32,533 bases of DNA from contig JAHJSM010000002.1 of the NCBI GenBank assembly GCA_018830295.1, positions 80,598-113,130 of the forward strand, written 5' to 3'. The position numbers were made by a program, and so were the translations under genes. The notes beneath the pieces are model-generated. The model was not told the origin of the DNA and searched no databases. It saw only the letters and a list, made by a program, of their open reading frames with translations. Positions 1 to 6,963 of this stretch are shown in pieces; the first letter of the stretch is position 1; the number at the start of each line of letters is the position of its first letter. Source of the DNA: Patescibacteria group bacterium. GTDB lineage: Bacteria; Patescibacteriota; Minisyncoccia; Portnoybacterales; UBA2143.

Positions 1-81
1 GAGAAGTGGGAGGCGTATAAGAAGCAGACGGCCGAGAAGGCGGAGGATATCGCGGAGAAAATGAATGAGTTGGGGATATAA
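1..81 (+). CDS. mraZ: C-terminal fragment of an MraZ-like protein (5' end outside window)
   Basis: Frame 1 is open from base 1 to TAA at 79-81 (EKWEAYKKQTAEKAEDIAEKMNELGI*). It sits directly upstream of rsmH, and the E-x-W-x-x-Y ... IAE tail resembles MraZ C-termini. Only 26 codons are visible. Confidence 0.45.
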   Translation, partial: EKWEAYKKQTAEKAEDIAEKMNELGI

Positions 82-85
82 AAAT

Positions 86-964
86 ATGAATCATATTCCT
101 GTTCTTTTGAAAGAGGTTTTGGAATATTTAGACCCGAAGTCGGGAGAGGATTTTATTGACGGGACTTATGGATTTGGAGGGCATAGCGCGGAGTTGTTGG
201 AGAGGAATAAGCCAGATGGAAGAGTTTTGGGGATTGAGTTGGATGAGGATGTTGTGGAAATTTTAAAAAAGGAGCCGTTGGATGAAAGATTAGTTTTGGT
301 TCAGGGGAGTTTTGCCGATTTGGAAAAAATCGCGGAGGAAAATAATTTTAATAAAGTAAGCGGGATTTTGCTTGATGTGGGAATGTCTTCGTGGCAGATA
401 GAGGAAAGCGGGCGCGGATTTTCTTTTCGAGGAGATGAGCCATTAGATATGCGTTCTGACGGGGAAAGAGAATTGACGGCGGAGGAAATTATTAACCGAT
501 GGACAGAGAAAGAACTGACGAAGATTTTTGATAAATATGGCGGGGAAAGATTCGCCCAGAGAATCGCTCGGGCGATTTGTCAGGAGAGGAAAAGCGAGCG
601 GATTAAGACGACTCGCCAGTTGACAGAAATTATTAGAAAAGCGATTCCGGCGAGCCAGAGACATCAAAAAATTCATTTAGCGACAAGGGTTTTTCAGGCA
701 TTAAGAATAGTTGTCAACGGCGAACTTGAAAATTTAGAAAGGGTTTTGCCGCAAGTGTTACGACTCTTAGAAAAAGGTGGACGGCTGGCGGTAATTTCGT
801 TTCAGTCATTGGAAGATAAAATCGTTAAAAATTTTTTTCGCGAAGAGGCAAAAAAGGACGGGCTGAAAATTTTGACCGAAAAGCCGATTGTTCCGGGGGC
901 GGAGGAAGTTCGAGATAATCCTCGGAGCAGGAGCGCGAAGATGAGGGCGGCGACAAAACTATGA
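86..964 (+). CDS. rsmH: 16S rRNA (cytosine1402-N4)-methyltransferase RsmH
   Basis: ORF 65-964. It has the N-terminal HIPVLLKEVLEYL signature and the GTYGFGGHS SAM-binding motif typical of RsmH/MraW. ATG at 86 is preferred because a start at 65 would overlap the upstream stop at 79-81. Its TGA overlaps the next ATG (ATGA at 961-964). Confidence 0.93.
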   Translation: MNHIPVLLKEVLEYLDPKSGEDFIDGTYGFGGHSAELLERNKPDGRVLGIELDEDVVEILKKEPLDERLVLVQGSFADLEKIAEENNFNKVSGILLDVGMSSWQIEESGRGFSFRGDEPLDMRSDGERELTAEEIINRWTEKELTKIFDKYGGERFAQRIARAICQERKSERIKTTRQLTEIIRKAIPASQRHQKIHLATRVFQALRIVVNGELENLERVLPQVLRLLEKGGRLAVISFQSLEDKIVKNFFREEAKKDGLKILTEKPIVPGAEEVRDNPRSRSAKMRAATKL

Positions 965-1290
965 CTGCTTATATTAAATCAAAAAAGTTTGGAGGGAGGG
1001 GACATGATCGAGGTATGTTTGCTTTGAGCGCGCTGATTTGTTTTTCCATTTTTTGTTCCGTGGTTTTTTGTTTGGTTCAGGCGAATAATTTAGTTGGCTG
1101 CAGTTATGAAATTAGGGAACAGAAAGAGCGAATCACGGTTTTGGAAACGGAAGCGCGCGACTTAGAATCTCTTGTGGCGCAATGGCGCTCGCCGTCTAAT
1201 TTGGAAAATTTAGTTCAATCGTTGGGAATGGTTGAGGCGGGAGAAATCATTTATTTAGAAAAGGAGAAGATGGTAGCGGTGAAGGATTAA
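961..1290 (+). CDS. FtsL-like small bitopic cell-division protein
   Basis: 109 aa with a single TM segment (FALSALICFSIFCSVVFCLVQ) followed by a charged, coiled-coil-like region. It lies between rsmH and the PBP gene, as in dcw clusters. The call rests on position and topology, not sequence identity. Confidence 0.55.
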   Translation: MTAYIKSKKFGGRGHDRGMFALSALICFSIFCSVVFCLVQANNLVGCSYEIREQKERITVLETEARDLESLVAQWRSPSNLENLVQSLGMVEAGEIIYLEKEKMVAVKD

Positions 1291-1294
1291 GATT

Positions 1295-3016
1295 ATGAAG
1301 CACTGGCGGATTTATTTATTGGCGGTTGTTGTTTTGTTGACTGGAAGCGGGATTTTTGCCCGTTTATTTTCTCTCCAAATTTTACAGTATGACTCGTTTA
1401 GCGCTTCGGCGCAGAATAAGCAGGATTTTTATCGGGAGTTATTTCCAGAACGAGGCGAGATTTTTACGCAGGACTTATCCGCTCTTCAAAGAACGGGGCA
1501 AGCGGTTTATCACCCATTAGCCGTTAATAGAGAATTTCAAAAGGCCTATCTTATTCCAAAGGATATTCCCGAAGAGCGCAAAGATGAATTAGCTGACAAG
1601 CTTTCCGCAATTCTTGATTTAGACAAGGAGACAGTTTGGCAAAGAATTAATAAAAAAGACGACCCTTATGAGCCGCTTAAGAGCAAAATTAGCCAAGAGG
1701 CGGCTCAAAAAATTGAGGAACTTAAAATTGAAGGGGTTGGATTGGCTCCGGAGACCTGGCGTTATTACCCTAATATCTCTTCGTCTTGCCATTTGACTGG
1801 ATTTGTGGGCGACTCTGATGAGGGAAAAACAGGGCAGTACGGCTTGGAAGGGTATTATGAGGATAAATTAAGCGGCGAGGCGGGCTCTATTAAGGGCAAG
1901 AAAGATGTGGCCGGCTATTGGATTCCTTTTTTAAACGACGAGATGGAACCGGCTGAAGACGGAGCGGATTTGATTTTGACTGTTGACCAAAATATTCAAT
2001 TTAAGGCGGAAAAAGAACTTCGACAATTAGTGGAACAATGGAACGCGGAGAGCGGTAGTATTATTATCATGGAGCCGAAAAGCGGGGCGATTCGAGCAAT
2101 GGCGAACTGGCCTGTTTTTGACCCGAATGAATATAGCGTTGTGGAAGATATTGATGTTTTTCTTAATTCGTCAACCCAAAAAGCATATGAGTTGGGTTCG
2201 GTTTTTAAGCCAGTTACTATGGCGATTGGGATAGACAGCGGTTCGGTCACCCCTCAAACAACTTATGTTGACGAAGGGCAAATTAGAATTAAGGGGAGCG
2301 TGATTAATAATGTTGACGGGAAGAGTTACGGGGAGCAGACGATGACGCAGGTTTTGGAAAAGTCGCTTAACACGGGCGCGGTTTTCGTCCAGCGGGCGAC
2401 TGACATAGAGACATTTCAGGACTATATCCAAAGATTTAATTTTGATTTGCCGACGGGCGTGGATTTGGCGGGAGAAACGGCAGGAGATATTAGCAACTTA
2501 TTCAGCGAGAGAGAAATTAATTTGGCGACGATTTCTTTTGGGCAGGGGATTACAGTCAGCTCTTTGGGTATGGTGGCCGCTATCGGGGCGCTTGCCAATG
2601 AGGGAAAATTAATGAGGCCTTTTGTGGTTGAAAAGATAGTTTATCCAGATGGGAAGGAGGTTGTGACGGAGCCGCAAGTTAGCGGGAAGGTGGTATCTTC
2701 GGAGACGGCCAAAGAGGTGACGAAGATGCTTGTGAGCGTGGTGGAGAATGGTTTTGGAAAGCCAGCGAGGATTTCGGGCTATGATATCGCCGGCAAAACG
2801 GGAACGGCGCAAATGGCTGATTCTGAAAATGGCGGGTATTCAGAGGAGACGATTCATAGTTTTGTCGGGTTCGCGCCCGCTTTTGAGCCAAGGTTTGTGA
2901 TTTTAATCAAGATGGATAAGCCGCAAGGCATTCGTTTCGCTTCGGATTCGGTTAGTCCTGTTTTTAGGCGGTTGACGGAATATTTATTGCAGTATTTAGA
3001 AATACCGCCACGGTAA
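1295..3016 (+). CDS. ftsI: Class B penicillin-binding protein / peptidoglycan D,D-transpeptidase (FtsI-type)
   Basis: 573 aa with an N-terminal TM anchor. Transpeptidase motifs are SVFK (SxxK), SLN (SxN) and KTGTA (KTG). It is in dcw cluster context. Confidence 0.88.
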   Translation: MKHWRIYLLAVVVLLTGSGIFARLFSLQILQYDSFSASAQNKQDFYRELFPERGEIFTQDLSALQRTGQAVYHPLAVNREFQKAYLIPKDIPEERKDELADKLSAILDLDKETVWQRINKKDDPYEPLKSKISQEAAQKIEELKIEGVGLAPETWRYYPNISSSCHLTGFVGDSDEGKTGQYGLEGYYEDKLSGEAGSIKGKKDVAGYWIPFLNDEMEPAEDGADLILTVDQNIQFKAEKELRQLVEQWNAESGSIIIMEPKSGAIRAMANWPVFDPNEYSVVEDIDVFLNSSTQKAYELGSVFKPVTMAIGIDSGSVTPQTTYVDEGQIRIKGSVINNVDGKSYGEQTMTQVLEKSLNTGAVFVQRATDIETFQDYIQRFNFDLPTGVDLAGETAGDISNLFSEREINLATISFGQGITVSSLGMVAAIGALANEGKLMRPFVVEKIVYPDGKEVVTEPQVSGKVVSSETAKEVTKMLVSVVENGFGKPARISGYDIAGKTGTAQMADSENGGYSEETIHSFVGFAPAFEPRFVILIKMDKPQGIRFASDSVSPVFRRLTEYLLQYLEIPPR

Positions 3017-3166
3017 ATTTTCAATTTCCAATTTTCAATTTCCAAACAATTCTCAATGAATTAATTTTCAAACAAGAAAAGACAAGAAAAAAAATTCAGG
3101 AATTAAAAAATTGAAAATTATAGAATTGAAAATTCATTGAAAATTGGAAATTGAAACTTGAAAATT
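3017..3166. repeat. AT-rich long inverted-repeat element (TTTTCAATT-type left arm, AATTGAAAA-type right arm), copy 1
   Basis: The left arm (about 3016-3073) is an imperfect reverse complement of the right arm (about 3111-3166). The 23-mer AATTGAAAATTCATTGAAAATTG at 3124-3146 is identical to 11816-11838 in copy 2. The element fills the whole ftsI-murF intergenic gap. Confidence 0.8.
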
Positions 3167-4459
3167 ATGTCTATTCTCCAATACATCCTCAAAATTTTAT
3201 CGCAGATAATTCTTTGGCGTTATCGTCCGCGGGTGGTTGGCATTACGGGGAGCGTTGGGAAGACGGGCGCGAAGGAGGCGATTTACCGCGTTTTGAGGCG
3301 GCATTTTAAGGCGCGGCGGAATATTAAAAATTATAATAATGAACTAGGAGTTCCTTTGACTATTTTGGGTTCGGAAACGGGCGGCAATTCGGTTTGGCGC
3401 TGGCTGAAAATATTTTTGAAAGCGTCGAAAACTATTATTTGGGAAAAGAATTATCCGGAGATATTGATTTTGGAAATGGGGATTGATAAGCCGGGAGATA
3501 TGAAATATTTGATGAGTTTTGTCCCGGTTGATGTCGGCGTGATGACGGCGATTGGCGAATTTCCGGTTCATATAGAATTTTTTCCAGAAAAAGGGAGGTT
3601 AGTTGAGGAGAAGGCGCTTTTACTCAAATCGTTGCCCGCGGGCGGTTTGGCTGTTTTGAATTATGACGATTTGTCGGTTCGGATGGTTGGTGACGATTTG
3701 CCAGAAAAAGTTCGCGTTATTCAGTATGGATTTGGGGAAGGGGCTGATTTGCGAATAGATAATTATCAGATGAGAATCGGCGATTTAGAGAAAAACGACT
3801 TTGGAATTAATTTTAAGATTGATTATAAGGGAAGCGCTGTTCCGATGAGATTGCCTGGGGTTTTGGGCAAACAGCAAGCTTCTACGGCCGCGGCCGCGAC
3901 GAGCGTGGGCGTTTTTTTTGGGTTGAATTTAGTTGATATTTCAAGGGCGGTTAAAAGGTATCGCGCCTTACCTGGTCGGACTAATTTATTAAAGGGAATT
4001 AAAAATAGTTATGTTCTTGACGATAGTTACAACGCTTCGCCGCTCGCTGTTTTGGCGGCTTTAGATATTTTGGAAGAGGTTGGGGATTCGCGCAGGAAAA
4101 TAGTTGTTTTGGGCGATATGTTGGAACTGGGTAATAATATGGAAATAGCGCATCGGCAAATAGGCGCGAGGGCGGCCAAGGTGGCTGATTTGCTTTTTAC
4201 AGTTGGCGACCGCGCGCGTTTTATCGCTGATGAGGCGCGGCAAAAAGGAATGCCGCGAGAAAATATTTTTGATTTTTCTGATGTTCAAAAAGCGGCCTTG
4301 GCGGTTCAAGAAAAAATCGCGGAGGGCGATATTATTTTAGTCAAAGGGTCGCAATCAATGCGGATGGAAGGGGTTGTTAAAGAGATTATGGCTGAACCTG
4401 AAAAAGCGGATAAGTTGTTGGTCAGACAAGGGCGAGGATGGACAAATCAAGTTATTTGA
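3167..4459 (+). CDS. murF: Mur ligase family protein, MurF-like (UDP-MurNAc-tripeptide--D-Ala-D-Ala ligase)
   Basis: It carries the P-loop GITGSVGKTGAKEA, the central LNYDD region, and a C-terminal VLDDSYNASPLAVLAALDIL motif typical of MurF. The ORF track starts at TTG 3158, but ATG 3167 is preferred. The P-loop lies unusually close to the N-terminus. Confidence 0.78.
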   Translation: MSILQYILKILSQIILWRYRPRVVGITGSVGKTGAKEAIYRVLRRHFKARRNIKNYNNELGVPLTILGSETGGNSVWRWLKIFLKASKTIIWEKNYPEILILEMGIDKPGDMKYLMSFVPVDVGVMTAIGEFPVHIEFFPEKGRLVEEKALLLKSLPAGGLAVLNYDDLSVRMVGDDLPEKVRVIQYGFGEGADLRIDNYQMRIGDLEKNDFGINFKIDYKGSAVPMRLPGVLGKQQASTAAAATSVGVFFGLNLVDISRAVKRYRALPGRTNLLKGIKNSYVLDDSYNASPLAVLAALDILEEVGDSRRKIVVLGDMLELGNNMEIAHRQIGARAAKVADLLFTVGDRARFIADEARQKGMPRENIFDFSDVQKAALAVQEKIAEGDIILVKGSQSMRMEGVVKEIMAEPEKADKLLVRQGRGWTNQVI

Positions 4460-4486
4460 GGCACAATAAAGTCGGACTTGTCTATT

Positions 4487-4558
4487 GGCCCTATCGTCTA
4501 GTGGTTAGGACTCCAGATTCTCATTCTGGCAACAGGGGTTCGATTCCCCTTAGGGCTA
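4487..4558 (+). tRNA. tRNA-Glu (anticodon CUC)
   Basis: Manual cloverleaf: acceptor GGCCCTA/TAGGGCT, D arm GTCT-AGTGGTTA-GGAC, anticodon arm CCAGA-TTCTCAT-TCTGG (anticodon CTC), T arm AGGGG-TTCGATT-CCCCT, discriminator A. Total 72 nt, with no encoded CCA. Confidence 0.9.
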
Positions 4559-4578
4559 CGCGAAAGGGGGTGAAAAAG

Positions 4579-4833
4579 ATGGCAGAACAATTAATTGGAA
4601 GGGTTACTCATTATTTCACCAATATTGGGGTGGCGGTTATTGAGGTTGTTAAGGGAGGGCTGGAAGTAGGCGATAAAATTCATATTAAGGGGTCGACGAG
4701 CGATTTTGAGCAAGCGATTGATTCAATGCAAGTGGAGCATCAAGAAGTTAAGAAAGCGAAAAAGGGGGATATGTTTGGGTTGAAAGTCGCTCAACACGCG
4801 CGAGAAGGCGACGAGGTGTATAAAGCGGCGTAG
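4579..4833 (+). CDS. Small EF-Tu domain-2-like beta-barrel protein (translation elongation factor-like protein)
   Basis: 84 aa (MAEQLIGRVTHYFTNIGVAVIEV...GDKIHIKG...KKGDMFGLKV...EGDEVYKAA). A good SD (AAGGGGG) lies 8 nt upstream of ATG 4579. The longer ORF from 4438 would run through the tRNA and is rejected. Confidence 0.6.
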   Translation: MAEQLIGRVTHYFTNIGVAVIEVVKGGLEVGDKIHIKGSTSDFEQAIDSMQVEHQEVKKAKKGDMFGLKVAQHAREGDEVYKAA

Positions 4834-4851
4834 ATAACTACTCAAATTTTT

Positions 4852-5745
4852 ATGAAAAACGGAAAGACCAAAGTAAAATGCTTGGCGCTTTTGTCGGGCG
4901 GCCTGGATTCTATTTTGGCTGTCAAAATTTTACAAAAACAGGGGGTTGTCGTAACTGGCTTATGTTTTGCCAGTTATTTTTTTAAATCAGAGTTAGCCGA
5001 AAGGGCGGCTGAATGGTTGGGAATAGATTTAAAAATAGTTGATATTTCGGACGAACATTTAAAAATGGTTAAGTCGCCCGTTTATGGATACGGCAAAAAC
5101 GCGAATCCATGTATTGATTGCCACTTAATGATGTTAAAAAAAGCGAAAGAGATAATTCGGCTATCCGATAGCCGAACACATTTTGTCGCGACAGGGGAGG
5201 TTTTGGGGGAGCGACCGATGTCGCAGAATAAGGGGGCGTTGGAATTGTTGGAAAAAGAGTCGGGACTTTCGGGGTATTTGCTTCGCCCTTTGTCGGCGCG
5301 GTTACTTGAGCCGACCATTCCTGAAAAAGACGGTTGGGTTGAGAGGGAAAAACTTTTGGCCATTTCGGGGCGGCAGAGAAAAGAGCAGATGACTTTGGCG
5401 GAAGAATTTGGCCTCAAGGATTACCCGACGCCGTCGGGCGGGTGTCTTTTGACAGATCCAGAATTTGGCAAACGCCTGAAAGAACTTTTTAAACGCTGGC
5501 CGGATTGCGATGGGAACGATGTTTTGCTGTTGAAATTGGGGCGCCATTTTTGGGTTGGGGATGACAAAATTGTTGTGGGACGGAATGAGGGAGAAAACGC
5601 GGAAATTAAAAAATTGTCCGAGGAAAAAGATGTTGTGATGGAGCCAGAAGATTATCCCGGTCCGACGGTTTTAGTGAGAAGCAAGGGAGAAATTTCGGAG
5701 GAGATAGTGAAAAAAGCGAAAGAGCTGATGAGAAAATATTCTTAA
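4852..5745 (+). CDS. PP-loop ATP-pyrophosphatase, ThiI/MnmA-like tRNA thiolation-type enzyme
   Basis: It has the SGGLDS PP-loop near the N-terminus, an NPCIDC cysteine motif, a TGEVLGERPMSQ segment resembling the ThiI TGE-LGQ-SQ region, and a conserved C-terminal GGCLLTDP. The exact family is not resolved. Confidence 0.65.
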   Translation: MKNGKTKVKCLALLSGGLDSILAVKILQKQGVVVTGLCFASYFFKSELAERAAEWLGIDLKIVDISDEHLKMVKSPVYGYGKNANPCIDCHLMMLKKAKEIIRLSDSRTHFVATGEVLGERPMSQNKGALELLEKESGLSGYLLRPLSARLLEPTIPEKDGWVEREKLLAISGRQRKEQMTLAEEFGLKDYPTPSGGCLLTDPEFGKRLKELFKRWPDCDGNDVLLLKLGRHFWVGDDKIVVGRNEGENAEIKKLSEEKDVVMEPEDYPGPTVLVRSKGEISEEIVKKAKELMRKYS

Positions 5746-5750
5746 GTTTT

Positions 5751-5781
5751 GGGGGCTGCCCCCGTTGCGGGGGCAGCCCCC
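5751..5781. repeat. GC-rich palindromic repeat, type A (GGGGGCTGCCCCC-GTTGC-GGGGGCAGCCCCC)
   Basis: The 13-14 bp stem is perfect and the hairpin starts 5 nt after the stop at 5743-5745. No T-tract follows. The same unit occurs at 15113-15143, 15891-15922 and 18365-18395. Confidence 0.9.
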
Positions 5782-5793
5782 ATTATCTCACTT

Positions 5794-6516
5794 ATGCCTT
5801 ATTTTTCTTTTACTCAATTTCATATCGGACCAATTACTTTCCAGACATGGGGGACGCTTTTGTGGTTAGCTTTTTTGGTTGGTTATTGGATTTTTTTGAG
5901 GGGGGCGAAGAGGGAGGGGGTTAAAGAGAAAGAGATTTTTTTGCTTGTGCTTTGGGTTTTTGGAGGAGCGCTTTTGGGCTCCCGTTTTTTATATTTTCTA
6001 CAATTTAGCGCTGGGGGATTCGCTTTTCACGGAGGTCTTTTGGGCGGGATGCTGGCGGGCTGGCTTTACGCTGGGAAAAATAAGTTGAATTTTGGGCGAC
6101 TGGCTGATTTGGCGGCGCCGGCGCTCGCTTTGGGAATTTTTATCGGACGGATTGGCTGTTCCTTAATTAATGACCATCCGGGGGTTTTAACAGATTTGCC
6201 TTGGGCGATTGAGTGGCCTGACGGGGCTTTGAGGCATCCAGTTGCGGAGTATTTGGCGCTTAACGCGTTAATTATGTTTTTTGTTTTATGGCGAATTCGT
6301 TTTTTTGTCAAAAAGCGAGGACAATTGTTTATTATTTTTTTGGTTTGGTATAATGTAGCGCGATTTTTTCTTGATTTTACGCGGGCGGCGGACACAGAGT
6401 TGATTTATTATAATTTAATGATTAGTCAGTGGATGTCTTTGCTTATTTTAGCGGGAGTGAGCGCGTTTTTGTTTTATTCGGCTTTAGTAAAGCCGACTGG
6501 TATTGACAGGTTTTGA
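5794..6516 (+). CDS. lgt: Prolipoprotein diacylglyceryl transferase
   Basis: Polytopic membrane protein with Lgt-like FHGGLLGGMLAG and IGRIGCSLINDHPG motifs. ATG 5794 is preferred because the ORF-track start (TTG 5749) only adds a translation of the type A palindrome (GAAPVAGAAP). Confidence 0.88.
   Translation: MPYFSFTQFHIGPITFQTWGTLLWLAFLVGYWIFLRGAKREGVKEKEIFLLVLWVFGGALLGSRFLYFLQFSAGGFAFHGGLLGGMLAGWLYAGKNKLNFGRLADLAAPALALGIFIGRIGCSLINDHPGVLTDLPWAIEWPDGALRHPVAEYLALNALIMFFVLWRIRFFVKKRGQLFIIFLVWYNVARFFLDFTRAADTELIYYNLMISQWMSLLILAGVSAFLFYSALVKPTGIDRF
6476..6498. repeat. Hairpin repeat type C (TTCGGCTTT-AGT-AAAGCCGA), copy inside the lgt 3' end
   Basis: It is nearly identical to ATTCGGCTTT-GGT-AAAGCCGAAT at 15262-15284. 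It lies 16 nt before the lgt stop and encodes ...YSALVKPTG... Confidence 0.7.
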
Positions 6517-6531
6517 TAATTAGTTTATAAT
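6503..6531 (+). promoter_or_regulatory. Consensus sigma70-type promoter (TTGACA-N17-TATAAT)
   Basis: TTGACA lies at 6503-6508, followed by an exact 17-nt spacer and TATAAT at 6526-6531. It overlaps the lgt stop codon and points into the small-ORF transcription unit. Confidence 0.6.
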
Positions 6532-6653
6532 ATGAAGCAGTTGGGGGGCTGTGGAGAACTTTCCTTGTGATTAACTCTCTAACTGGTAAAATATAGTTAA
6601 GATATAGTTTTTTAATAATTTAATAGATGGGAGCATCTGAAAGGGGGTACGAG

Positions 6654-6881
6654 ATGATGCCTAATATGGAAGAAATGATTTTTTGCTCGGAGTGCGACTT
6701 TATTGAAAAGGAACATCCTCGTTGGATAATGGGGATGGAATTTCCTTTTTGTAAGGTGACAGGGGAACCAATTCTTTATCCGCGCAAACCAAAAGTAAGT
6801 TGCGCGGCGCTGGATAGGAAAAATGGAAATGGATATAACGGAAACGGAAACGGAGGCGGAAACGGCGATGGAAGACACTAA
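6654..6881 (+). CDS. Small hypothetical protein, 4 Cys (CxxC plus 2) with a C-terminal Asn/Gly repeat tail
   Basis: 75 aa from ATG 6654, with SD AAGGGGG 6 nt upstream: MMPNMEEMIFCSECDF...FCKVTGE...SCAALDRKNGNGYNGNGNGGGNGDGRH. It is bracketed by the consensus promoter (6503-6531) and an intrinsic terminator (6893-6938). The alternative in-frame ATG at 6627 has no SD. Confidence 0.55.
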   Translation: MMPNMEEMIFCSECDFIEKEHPRWIMGMEFPFCKVTGEPILYPRKPKVSCAALDRKNGNGYNGNGNGGGNGDGRH

Positions 6882-6892
6882 AAACAACAGAC

Positions 6893-6938
6893 AACCGCTT
6901 GTTGGCAAATAAAGAGCCAATGAGCGGTTTTTATTTTT
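6893..6938 (+). terminator. Rho-independent terminator of the small-ORF unit
   Basis: The stem pairs AACCGCT..TTGGC with GCCAA..AGCGGTT (7+5 bp with an internal loop). The loop is AAATAAAGA and a T-rich run (TTTTTTATTTTT) follows. Confidence 0.7.
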
Positions 6939-6963
6939 GTAATTTTTATTGTATAATAGAAGC

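Noticed and set aside
4438-4578. N-terminal extension of ORF 4438-4833 (131 aa)
   Set aside because: The extension is a read-through of the tRNA-Glu gene (4487-4558) and overlaps the murF 3' end. A good SD precedes the internal ATG at 4579.
5749-5793. N-terminal extension of lgt (MGAAPVAGAAPIISL)
   Set aside because: It starts at TTG and is simply the translation of the type A GC-rich palindrome. ATG 5794 gives a normal Lgt N-terminus.
6532-6570. 12-codon mini-ORF (MKQLGGCGELSL*) right after the consensus -10 box
   Set aside because: The ATG directly abuts the TATAAT hexamer, so it would lie upstream of the expected transcription start. It is too short to evaluate.
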